From positions 1 through 53,548 of the IMG/VR virus record IMGVR_UViG_3300048586_000904: a stretch of 53,548 nucleotides of DNA, one strand, 5' to 3'. Below the pieces are notes generated by a model. The model was not told where the DNA came from, made no database searches, and saw nothing but the letters and a program-made list of their open reading frames with translations. This stretch comes from a virus. Taxonomy: Duplodnaviria; Caudoviricetes. The position numbers and the translations under genes were made by a program. Shown one piece after another: positions 19,026 through 27,324 of this stretch (the stretch's first letter is position 1; each line of letters begins with the position of its first letter).

Positions 19026-21296
19026 CTATTCAGTCCGACGCCGCTTTTGCATTGCAGAAAAGCTCATCCGTTCTTTACGAATCACGGCTTTACCATCGAC
19101 GTCAGGTAGGACCACACCTTGCATGGATGCCGCGACTGCAGTGCCAACCAGGCAATCGAACCAGTGGTTGTCGGGCTGCTCGGGTCGCTGCTTCCATTCG
19201 TTAACAATACGGCCACGAGCTTCGGTCTTAATAAAATACTCTGATGTCAATTGTTCCGAAAACATACGATGTGTTTCAACACTTGTTCCAAAGAGTGAAA
19301 GGCATCCACGATCCCCCATCGAAACGCGAAGCCGAGCATGAGTAAACGACTTCCACCAGTTGGTGTCGTAAATCACGTGTCGGATCGCTCGTTTGCCCTG
19401 AACGTTGGGGATGCGCCAGTTAAGACCAACCCTGTCGCCGGGGCGGCGTCGATACTCGCTGAACGGTTGACTTGAAGCTCCCACGAATCTCCCGTGGCTT
19501 GGCATGATCACAGCGGCATGTTTGGATTGCCTGCAGAACTGATAGACGACGTCCGTTGATTGGCCCCAGTTGGCGTCGATCAAACAGCGACCGATTCGCA
19601 TGGCAGCCCCATCGTCTCGTTGCCACTCTCGATCGAGTAGCTTGGATGTCAGCGATTCAAGGCCGGCGTAAATCGAACCTTCGAGCCCGGTTCCCATAGC
19701 CTCGGAGCCCAGCGTCTGCCGAGCTTCCCGTAATGTGAAGTACGGTCGCTGCTGATCAGGATAACAACCATAGTCGATGACGTATCCTGTGAAATCATCT
19801 TCCCATGCAGCGACCACATAGAAGAGTAGGCTTTGCTGGACGTCGATAAATGCGGAGAGGTTGTTTGCTCCGATGGAAACCAAGCCACGATCCAAGCGAT
19901 TGATCTTGCTTGCAACCTCTGCAGGTTTGAGCATCCCATCGCTAACCGTCTCGGTTGGCAGCGGTTGGTTCTGGTATTCTGCGAAGAACGCAGCTTCATC
20001 CTGAAGCTTGAGGTTCATAGCATGCTGGATTGCCGAAAGTTCATCGTAGTTAAATCGTTCCTGCCAAGCGACAACAGCGCCGTCATCCATAGCGGCTTGG
20101 TTCTGACGATAGAATTCGGTGGCTGCTTCACCACCATCACCACCTCGCATCCCTTCCGCGCGGATCTCGGCATAGCGTTCCCAAAGCATTTCGTTCTTTG
20201 GGAAGGAGTAAACCATCTTGGTTCGTTCCCCATTCCATTCGGGATGTCGATTGCGATCGAGGATATTGTCGGCCATGTCACCAGGGCGAATCACCGTGCA
20301 GGGCATGATGCCCGAGATCTTCTTCCCCGGACCAGCCAAACCGAGCACGGCACCGGCAAGGATGCTTTCCCGATTTGCGCATTGCGAAAGCGAACGCGCG
20401 CTCTCATCGGTTTGCGGATCATCGAGCACCACGAGGCTTGGACGGACCGTTCGACCGTCGGGGCGCTTGAACTTCATACCACGGATACGGCCAGTTAGGC
20501 CAGCGACCTTGATAATCGCACCGCTGGCACTGCTACCTTCGATGGTTGGCAGCACAACCTCTTTCGCTGTCCATCCGATCTGCGTGCGTTTGCCTTTGTA
20601 TAGCTGACCATTGGCGCGATTCGAAATTCCATCGAGTGCTTGGATCGGAAAGCAAACCTCGGGAAAGTCGGCTAAGAGCAATTCGTTACTATCGAGTTCG
20701 GTTTTGATCGAATCGAGCATGTCACAGGCGTGGCCTTCGTCGCTACCGATCAGACAGACGAAGTTCCGATGTCCGTAGAGCACCGCCCAGATACAAGCGA
20801 CTTCGGCTATCGACGATTTTCCACTGCCGCGTGCCATCGCTAAGGCAAACAATCCCCCATGCACAACGGCTTGTTCAATTTTGTTGATGACCTTGACATG
20901 GTCTGGAGACCACGCGAGGTGAAAGGTGAGTGGAAAGTACGTCTCGCAAAAGTACCTGAAGTCTCGCGATGCGCGATCTTTGCGATCGGGATTATCTACG
21001 CTGGGGAGTTCTCCGATGTCGCGTCCGGCAAGTGCGAGCGCTGCATTGCGTGCCCGAGCTCGCTCCTTCATCGCTTCGTACGAATCCACCCCTGAGTTTT
21101 GTTTGGGCGTATGGCGTACGGCATGCATCCAGGCGCAATAGCGAAGGAGATCGACCGTCTTGTTGTCACCGATACGGGCGCCGGCGCGTTGCCGATGACG
21201 ATACAACTGCCGCTCGCTGATCACCTCGCCTAGCGGCGTTGAGTTGAGCAGCCGGCATAGCTCACTTGGCTTTAGTTTTCGAGGATCACTCGCCAC
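19026..21296 (-). CDS. terL: Terminase large subunit (gpA-like nuclease domain) with an N-terminal HTH-like extension
   Basis: Walker A MARGSGKS, Walker B LVVLDD, AFIDVQ and DNHWFDC nuclease motifs. Confidence 0.9.
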   Translation of the reverse strand: MASDPRKLKPSELCRLLNSTPLGEVISERQLYRHRQRAGARIGDNKTVDLLRYCAWMHAVRHTPKQNSGVDSYEAMKERARARNAALALAGRDIGELPSVDNPDRKDRASRDFRYFCETYFPLTFHLAWSPDHVKVINKIEQAVVHGGLFALAMARGSGKSSIAEVACIWAVLYGHRNFVCLIGSDEGHACDMLDSIKTELDSNELLLADFPEVCFPIQALDGISNRANGQLYKGKRTQIGWTAKEVVLPTIEGSSASGAIIKVAGLTGRIRGMKFKRPDGRTVRPSLVVLDDPQTDESARSLSQCANRESILAGAVLGLAGPGKKISGIMPCTVIRPGDMADNILDRNRHPEWNGERTKMVYSFPKNEMLWERYAEIRAEGMRGGDGGEAATEFYRQNQAAMDDGAVVAWQERFNYDELSAIQHAMNLKLQDEAAFFAEYQNQPLPTETVSDGMLKPAEVASKINRLDRGLVSIGANNLSAFIDVQQSLLFYVVAAWEDDFTGYVIDYGCYPDQQRPYFTLREARQTLGSEAMGTGLEGSIYAGLESLTSKLLDREWQRDDGAAMRIGRCLIDANWGQSTDVVYQFCRQSKHAAVIMPSHGRFVGASSQPFSEYRRRPGDRVGLNWRIPNVQGKRAIRHVIYDTNWWKSFTHARLRVSMGDRGCLSLFGTSVETHRMFSEQLTSEYFIKTEARGRIVNEWKQRPEQPDNHWFDCLVGTAVAASMQGVVLPDVDGKAVIRKERMSFSAMQKRRRTE

Positions 21297-21492
21297 GGCC
21301 CATCTCCTTTGCTTGCCAAGCGCTATAGTTCACGAGGTTGATCGTGCCATCGGCGTTCGCGGGCGCACCTTCATGGAGATCACTTCGGATCTTCTCGGCA
21401 TCGATCCGTTCTCGGTAGGCAGCGGACAGAAGTTTCGCGGCTTGTTCGATCGAGAGTCTCGTCGGATCGACCGGCTGTTTGTCTTCACTCAT
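21286..21492 (-). CDS. Putative terminase small subunit / HTH DNA-binding protein
   Basis: 68 aa, SD GGAGGA, overlaps the terL start, and resembles the terL N-terminus. Confidence 0.65.
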   Translation of the reverse strand: MSEDKQPVDPTRLSIEQAAKLLSAAYRERIDAEKIRSDLHEGAPANADGTINLVNYSAWQAKEMGRGE

Positions 21493-21673
21493 CGCATTCC
21501 TCCGTGACTTGGTAGTTCAAAACGTGGGGCCACTGTTTGCGCCGTGTCGCGTTTCCCCATCCACTTCGCCTGGTTATGCGAAGCATGTTTGAACGCGACG
21601 GTGGCGTAATGTTGGGGCACCGGTGGCTTCTCGAAGAACATGCGAAATTGCTGGAAAAACATGATGCAATTCG

Positions 21674-21716
21674 CTGGATGATTCCTCTCCCGCAAGGCTT
21701 CATGTGTGTTGTCGCG
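21674..21716 (+). promoter_or_regulatory. Cassette promoter-like motif, copy 1
   Basis: CTGG-N14-GCAAGGCTTCATGTGTGT...CGCG upstream of the amidoligase gene. Confidence 0.55.
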
Positions 21717-21767
21717 ACGCGAAGAACGCGACGAAACACAAACCTTGCACCCCAGAGGAACATCACC

Positions 21768-22625
21768 ATGAATGCAAACGAAATTTTCTTTGGTCTGGAA
21801 TTTGAGACGACGCTTCCGAACAGTGACACCACACCAATCGGCCCCTACCACAACGGATACCAAGTCCCTTGGTTGCCAACCGGATGGAAAGCGGAACGCG
21901 ACGGTAGCATCCGCCCTGAGAGCCCATGCCGTAAAGGATGCGAGTTCGTAAGCCCCAAGCTCAAAGGTTACGGAGGCCTCAATGAAATCGAAGAAGCAAT
22001 CGACAAGATCAACGAGCACGGAGGAAAGGTAAATCAAAGCTGCGGCCTGCACATTTCGATCGAGTGGAATGGCGACGCAGCCGCCCTCGCACGGTTGATC
22101 TCCTTGGTTGGTAACCACGAGAAAGCGATTTTCGCTAGTACCGGAACACGCCGCCGCGAACAAACGATCTACACCAAGCAAATCAAGCAATACGGCGACA
22201 AAGACGCCGCGAAGAATCGATGTGAAGCGGATCGCTACCACCTGCTGAACCTTACCCACCTGGCCGCCGGTAGAAACCGAATCGAATTTCGGGCTTTTGC
22301 TGGAACGCTCAACAAAACCAAGGTGGCGGGATACCTGATGATGGTTTTGGGATTGGTAGAGTTGGCTTTGAGCACCAAACGCTGCAGCGATTGGGACTAC
22401 GTCAAGAAAGAGGGAGCAAAAAGCTGCTGGGACCGACCGGGCGCCGGCCTTGGGGAAACGGAACTCAACCGATTGTTCTACCGACTGGGGTGGACCAAGG
22501 GGTGGTATAAGGGCGCCCTTCGCGACAAGGTCTACGGAGAGATCGCAGGCGAGTCGAAACCAGATTGGAGAACCATAAAGGCAAAGCTCCTCGATCTTTC
22601 TAGGAAATACGACCGAGTCGCGTAG
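21768..22625 (+). CDS. Amidoligase family protein (Amidoligase_2-like COOH-NH2 ligase)
   Basis: GLEFET, ERDGSI, CEFVSPKL, SCGLHI, RYHLLNL and IEFR motifs; ATG at 21768 after AGAGGA. Confidence 0.85.
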   Translation: MNANEIFFGLEFETTLPNSDTTPIGPYHNGYQVPWLPTGWKAERDGSIRPESPCRKGCEFVSPKLKGYGGLNEIEEAIDKINEHGGKVNQSCGLHISIEWNGDAAALARLISLVGNHEKAIFASTGTRRREQTIYTKQIKQYGDKDAAKNRCEADRYHLLNLTHLAAGRNRIEFRAFAGTLNKTKVAGYLMMVLGLVELALSTKRCSDWDYVKKEGAKSCWDRPGAGLGETELNRLFYRLGWTKGWYKGALRDKVYGEIAGESKPDWRTIKAKLLDLSRKYDRVA

Positions 22626-22832
22626 ATCAAACACGACCGAAACCGAAGTCAACAAAGTTTTGGTTTCTCTTGATCCAAAACCTTGAGGCGAAAGCACGTC
22701 ACTTTCTTGGCGATTGGTGTATGTAACTAATGACGGCCTAAACCAAATCGCAACATCATGCGTCACGTTTTGCCGGAACGGACGCGACTCAGCGAAACAT
22801 TCAGTTTCTTCTTGGAATCCTCGCATGTTCGG

Positions 22833-22874
22833 CTTGAGGTTATGCAAACCGCATGGCTCCATGGTGTCATCGCG
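22833..22874 (+). promoter_or_regulatory. Cassette promoter-like motif, copy 2
   Basis: CTTG-N14-GCATGGCTCCATGGTGT...CGCG. Confidence 0.55.
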
Positions 22875-22913
22875 TAAACGATTCGAAACCGAGTTCCCAA
22901 CGAAGACACAAAC

Positions 22914-23171
22914 ATGACCAACGCAAGCAACCAACACGCAGCAACCGACGCGACCCTTCGCCAAATCTTCAAGGCGATGGACGCCCACCAAGCCCAAGAG
23001 ATCCGCGAAGCCTATTACAAGGCAATCGAGGGATTGATGACCTTGGCAGAAGCCCTCGAAGTCGCTGACGCACAACAAACCCCCAGCGCCGGCCCGCTTC
23101 TCACCGAACACTTCCACGCCGTCCAAGCGTTGGACGCCATGAAGAACAGCCGCCTCGGCAAGATCCTCTAA
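22914..23171 (+). CDS. Small helical hypothetical protein
   Basis: 85 aa with natural composition, downstream of promoter motif 2. Confidence 0.75.
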   Translation: MTNASNQHAATDATLRQIFKAMDAHQAQEIREAYYKAIEGLMTLAEALEVADAQQTPSAGPLLTEHFHAVQALDAMKNSRLGKIL

Positions 23172-23201
23172 ACCCCAGAACATAACGAAGGAGAAATCAA
23201 C

Positions 23202-23459
23202 ATGAAGCTCGACACCTTGATCGAAATCTTGAACGACTACCGCGAAGAGTTCGGAGGCGACGCGGAAGTGCGATTGATGACCCAACAAAACTGGCCCTTT
23301 GAGAACCGTATTTGCGGCGTAACGAGCGGGCGCGACATGAACGAAACGGATGAGGACGATGACCAAGATGTCGCCGACGACCAAACGGTTTACATCGTCG
23401 AAGGGGGACAAATCTGCTACGGCAGCAAGAGGGCTTGGGAAAACTACAAGGATAGCTGA
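23202..23459 (+). CDS. Small acidic hypothetical protein
   Basis: 85 aa, SD AAGGAG, EVRLMTQQNWPFE and YIVEGGQICYG segments. Confidence 0.8.
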   Translation: MKLDTLIEILNDYREEFGGDAEVRLMTQQNWPFENRICGVTSGRDMNETDEDDDQDVADDQTVYIVEGGQICYGSKRAWENYKDS

Positions 23460-23465
23460 ACGCAC

Positions 23466-23705
23466 ATGTACATCGGGCAACTTCATTTGGTAACCGACCT
23501 CGAAGACGGAGATCGTGCCTATCCAGAGGCGAACGTCTCGTACGAAATCGAATCGATTGACGACTCTTCGCTCAATACGACCGTCGCGTATGTCGAGCGA
23601 CGAGGGAATCGGCTGATTGCAAGAGGATGCAACGGACGGGATTACGCCGTCTCGGGCTTCGATGGTTACGAACTTTACGCGGTTCGAAAGCCGCCACAGC
23701 GATGA
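23466..23705 (+). CDS. Small hypothetical protein
   Basis: 79 aa, 6 nt after the previous gene and followed by a terminator. Confidence 0.65.
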   Translation: MYIGQLHLVTDLEDGDRAYPEANVSYEIESIDDSSLNTTVAYVERRGNRLIARGCNGRDYAVSGFDGYELYAVRKPPQR

Positions 23706-23724
23706 TGATTGCCCGCTTCGCGAC

Positions 23725-23761
23725 AACGCCCCACGTTTGCGACGTGAGGGCGTTCTTTTTT
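23725..23761 (+). terminator. Intrinsic terminator
   Basis: AACGCCCCACGT-TTGCG-ACGTGAGGGCGTT hairpin followed by CTTTTTT. Confidence 0.75.
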
Positions 23762-23873
23762 CGATTGGCGTCATTTCCCCCAGATGCAATGCGACGCGAC
23801 TGTGGCCAAACGGTTGCGATTGTGGGGCTCGGAAACATTCTTCAAAAAAGCATCGAACTACTTTTTGAATTGC

Positions 23874-23915
23874 CTTGCTGTTTATCAACGTGCATGGCTC
23901 ATGTGTGTATACGCG
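23874..23915 (+). promoter_or_regulatory. Cassette promoter-like motif, copy 3
   Basis: CTTG-N14-GCATGGCTCATGTGTGT...CGCG. Confidence 0.55.
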
Positions 23916-23951
23916 AAAGCGAATTGATAACCCAAACGAAGAGATGCATAG

Positions 23952-24266
23952 ATGACTCACCACGACCTCGACCTGACGCTTACCAAGATCAGCCACCGAA
24001 CCCCTGGGGCTGGAGGTTCTTGGGTCCAAGGGAAGATCAACAACGAATACCGATTCGATGCCCTGGTCTTCTCGGAGCACGCGGAATGCGAATCGTACGA
24101 ATTGGGAAGAAGCAAGATTTCGAAGCTTTGGATCCAACGCCTTTCCGATCGCGCGGTGATGTTCAACTTCGACCGCGGGTTGGATGTCGCGGCGGTCAAC
24201 ACCGAGGTTCAGGTGGTGGTTGATTTTCTTTGCGAAGGACTCTCCGACTTGGTCTTTGGTCAATAA
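23952..24266 (+). CDS. DUF7678-like phage protein
   Basis: WVQGKI...SKISKLWI...FNFDRGLDV pattern. Confidence 0.7.
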   Translation: MTHHDLDLTLTKISHRTPGAGGSWVQGKINNEYRFDALVFSEHAECESYELGRSKISKLWIQRLSDRAVMFNFDRGLDVAAVNTEVQVVVDFLCEGLSDLVFGQ

Positions 24267-24335
24267 GCCGAAACGCGGAGAGGATCCGCGTCGCCGATCG
24301 GTGGTTCGATCGGCCTGACGATGGCAGCCAACCAC
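24267..24335 (+). ncRNA. Type II hammerhead ribozyme
   Basis: GCC-GAAA-CGCGGA(gagga)TCCGCG-TC-GCCGATCG(gtggtt)CGATCGGC-CTGACGA-T-GGC. All core nucleotides and three stems are present, and loop GTGGTT is complementary to AACCAC at 24330-24335. Confidence 0.9.
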
Positions 24336-24359
24336 GAACATGAACACAAGGTGATCAAG

Positions 24360-24944
24360 ATGAAGAAGGCAGACGTAAAGATCGGCGGTAAGTATTTCGC
24401 GAATGTTTCCGGCAACCGATGTGAGATCCGAATCGATGCGGAGAAACCGCGTGGCGGATGGGATGCTACGAATCTGGCCACAGGCAAGAAGATTCTTATC
24501 AAAAGCGCACAGCGTCTTCAGGGGGAGGTGACGACGCGAGCCGGCCAAGCCAAGGTGACCACCGAGGGAAATGTCACCGTGGTCGAGAATGAGCCGGCAA
24601 CTGTCGAATCGTTCGGGGAGACTGCGACCAAGGTGGCCGTTCTGAAGAAGCCTCGTAAAGCCAAACCAGCTGCAACCGAATCGGCGGCGGCCGAATCGAA
24701 GACGAGTGGCAAAAAGCGAATGAGCTGCATCGAAGCGGCATTGAAGGTCCTCTCCGAATCGGCTGAACCCATGAACACGCAACAGATGATTGCCGCTATG
24801 GAAGCGAAGGGGTACTGGACGAGCCCGGGAGGAAAAACTCCTCACGCGACCCTCTACAGCGTGATCCTTCGCGACTTGGCTAAAGGCGATTCGAGCCGGT
24901 TTGTAAAAGCCGAACGCGGACGCTTTACGGTTTCCAACAAATAA
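24360..24944 (+). CDS. Protein with a C-terminal winged HTH (HARE-HTH-like)
   Basis: AALKVL...PMNTQQMI...GKTPHATLYS...RFVKAERGRF; likely start at ATG 24360. Confidence 0.8.
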   Translation: MKKADVKIGGKYFANVSGNRCEIRIDAEKPRGGWDATNLATGKKILIKSAQRLQGEVTTRAGQAKVTTEGNVTVVENEPATVESFGETATKVAVLKKPRKAKPAATESAAAESKTSGKKRMSCIEAALKVLSESAEPMNTQQMIAAMEAKGYWTSPGGKTPHATLYSVILRDLAKGDSSRFVKAERGRFTVSNK

Positions 24945-24962
24945 GCCGAAGGCGATGCAATC

Positions 24963-25181
24963 ATGCGAATTCGATTGAAGAGAGGCGACCGCATACGGTT
25001 GGTCTCGATGCCTGATGATCCCGATCCAATCCCGGTCGGGATGCTTGGAACCGTCACCGAGGTTCATGAGCATCGAGACTGGATGCAGGTCGAGGTCGAT
25101 TGGGACAACGGCCGCTCCCTGATGTTGACCCTTCCCGATGACTGCATTGAGATCATCGATTCCCAGAACTCCGAATTCTGA
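24963..25181 (+). CDS. DUF4314 family protein
   Basis: GDRIRLVSMPDDPDPIPVGMLGTV...VDWDNGRSLML pattern. Confidence 0.85.
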   Translation: MRIRLKRGDRIRLVSMPDDPDPIPVGMLGTVTEVHEHRDWMQVEVDWDNGRSLMLTLPDDCIEIIDSQNSEF

Positions 25182-25193
25182 AGGGACCACACC

Positions 25194-25511
25194 ATATCGA
25201 CGCGAGCAACGATTGCCCATTCCGATAGCGATGGGAGTTACCACGCTACGTACCTGCATTTCGATGGATACCAAGACCACGCCGGCAGAGTCCTCTAAGA
25301 ACATTACACATCTATCGAGTCGGCATGAACGTTGGTCGTAGGCGGCGACATTCGTCCGGTCGCTAACGATGGAATGCCCGAACGATTCACCGACCGCAAC
25401 CGCGCGGTTGTCATGCCTACTCGCGCAGCCTTGCATGAATTCGCTAGGAACTGCGGAGCGGAATACATCTATGTCTTCGAGGACGAGTCTTGGCATTGTC
25501 ATAAGCGGTGA
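25194..25511 (+). pseudogene. Decayed phage hypothetical gene (xSTRATI...YLHFDGY...EYIYVF family)
   Basis: ATA in place of the start codon, in-frame TAA at 25296 and TGA at 25326, natural stop at 25509-25511, no frameshift. Confidence 0.7.
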
Positions 25512-25521
25512 TCGCGACCTC

Positions 25522-26919
25522 CTATCGCATGTTTTCCTCGCGCACTTTCATTGCGATTGGTGATTCGCCGGTTCGCTCAAGGATTGCTGGCTTGCCTGTA
25601 AACCTTTGGTACCTATCAACAATTACGTCAGCGTAAAGGCAATCGAGTTCCATCAAGAAGGCGTTCCGACCGCATTGCTCGGCGCCGATCAAGGTCGAGC
25701 CACTTCCACCAAACAAATCGAGAACATTCTCGCCAGGCACGGAAGAGTACTGCATCGCTCGCACCGCGAGCTCCACTGGCTTTTCGGTGAGGTGGATCAT
25801 CGATTGCGGATTGACCTTCTTCACTTGCCACAGATCGGTTGCATTGTTAGGTCCGTAGTACTTGTGGCCCGCCCCTTCCTTCCAACCGTAGAACGCCCAC
25901 TCATGCGCGCCCATAAAATCCTTCCGAGTCAAAACGGGGTGCTGCTTGTCCCAAATGATCGATTGGGAGAAATACAAACCATGCTTGGCAAGGAATGGTG
26001 GATAGTTACCACAGTTGGCGTAGCCTCCCCAAATGTAGAAGCAACGACCGGGCAAAAGTACGCGTGCGATGTTCCCAAACCACGCATCGAGCAATCGATC
26101 GAACTCGTTGTCGCTGACAAAGTCATTCGCGAGGGGACGATCCTTGGGCCGAAGCTTCTTATGCGTTGCAGCGTGCTTCGGTTTCCCCGTCTCATGATCG
26201 ACGCCAAAGGAAGCAGCGTTCCCTTGTCCTTGCTTGAGTTTTCCTGACGCGGCGTCGTTGGTAAACGAAGACAAACCGGCCGCGATCGCGTTGTTCGATC
26301 GAGGTTCCACCTTCACATTGTAGGGTGGGTCTGTGTTGCAAAGATGAATTGCATTGCCGGCCAACAAGCGATCCAGATCAGCAGGACTCGAGGAATCGCC
26401 ACAGAGCAATCGATGATTTCCGAGGATCCAAAGATCCCCTGGCTTAGTGATCGCAGCATCTGGAGGTTCCGGGATTTTATCGGGATCGGTCAAGCCTTCG
26501 TTGACTCCGGTATCCATCAGCTTCGCAAGTTCCTCCGCGTTGAACCCAAGCAACCCGAGGTCGTAGTTCGCTTCCTGTAATGCCGACAATTCGATCGGCA
26601 ACAGATCATAATTCCAGTCCGCGATCTCAGCGGTCTTGTTATCTGCGATGCGATACGCTCGAACTTGCTCTGGCGACAGGTGCGCCGCTACAACAACGGG
26701 GACCCGATCCAGCCCGAGCTTCTGCGCGGCTTTCAATCGCGTATGGCCAACGATGATGACGCTGTCGCTATCAACCACCAATGGCTGCGCGAAGCCGAAT
26801 TCCTTGATCGATGCTGCGACTGCGTCAACGGCTTTATCGTTGTTGCGCGGGTTGTTTTCGTAGGGACGAACTCGATCGAGGGTCCACATTTCAATCTGCA
26901 AAGCATTGATGGTTGACAT
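25522..26919 (-). CDS. ParB-N-terminal + N6/N4 DNA methyltransferase fusion
   Basis: ParB motifs PYENNPR, GHTR and YRIADNK; MTase motifs TDPPYN, HLTEKPV and DLFGGSGST. Confidence 0.92.
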   Translation of the reverse strand: MSTINALQIEMWTLDRVRPYENNPRNNDKAVDAVAASIKEFGFAQPLVVDSDSVIIVGHTRLKAAQKLGLDRVPVVVAAHLSPEQVRAYRIADNKTAEIADWNYDLLPIELSALQEANYDLGLLGFNAEELAKLMDTGVNEGLTDPDKIPEPPDAAITKPGDLWILGNHRLLCGDSSSPADLDRLLAGNAIHLCNTDPPYNVKVEPRSNNAIAAGLSSFTNDAASGKLKQGQGNAASFGVDHETGKPKHAATHKKLRPKDRPLANDFVSDNEFDRLLDAWFGNIARVLLPGRCFYIWGGYANCGNYPPFLAKHGLYFSQSIIWDKQHPVLTRKDFMGAHEWAFYGWKEGAGHKYYGPNNATDLWQVKKVNPQSMIHLTEKPVELAVRAMQYSSVPGENVLDLFGGSGSTLIGAEQCGRNAFLMELDCLYADVIVDRYQRFTGKPAILERTGESPIAMKVREENMR

Positions 26920-27011
26920 ATTGGTATTCCTTCCGTGATGGACTCGTGTTGGAAATAGATCTCTGATCTTCGGGGGGATTATTTGGCGTTGATGGGCCCG
27001 GGCTTCGCTTT

Positions 27012-27209
27012 CTACGCGTTGACTTTCACGATTCTCGATGCCTTCCTTCGTGCTTTTCGAAGCGTACGTTTCAACGCTACATCCCAGCCTGTTGGCTGTG
27101 GCTCTGATGGCTTCGAATCCACCTTGCCCGCTTCGCGTTTTGCAATCGAGCGTCTGGCTGCTGCGTTGAATTGCTTCAATTCCCGGCGAATGACTGTGCC
27201 GAAATCCAT
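27012..27209 (-). CDS. Small basic hypothetical protein
   Basis: ATG at 27209 after AAGGAG; 65 aa, Arg/Lys-rich. Confidence 0.55.
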   Translation of the reverse strand: MDFGTVIRRELKQFNAAARRSIAKREAGKVDSKPSEPQPTGWDVALKRTLRKARRKASRIVKVNA

Positions 27210-27282
27210 GAAGATCTCCTTGTAAAAATGGGGCGGAAGCCGCCCGGACCCAAAAAACAAACTCTGTCTAGTAAGGCTCCTG

Positions 27283-27324
27283 TTCCCGCGGCCCTAGAAC
27301 GCGTTTTAGGGCGGGGTAGGACCC
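27283..27324 (-). other. Candidate lambda-like cos site (cosQ + cosN)
   Basis: Minus strand reads GGGTCCT-N23-GGGCCGCGGGAA; lambda has GGGTCCT-N23-GGGCGGCGACCT. Confidence 0.55.

Larger units (their letters stand above)
21489..25502 (-). other. 1337-codon antisense ORF spanning the whole counter-oriented cassette
   Basis: The ORF track shows no stop over 4014 nt. AGGAGGT lies 14 nt before the ATG and the TGA overlaps the small-terminase ATG. The translation resembles no family I recognise. Confidence 0.6.
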
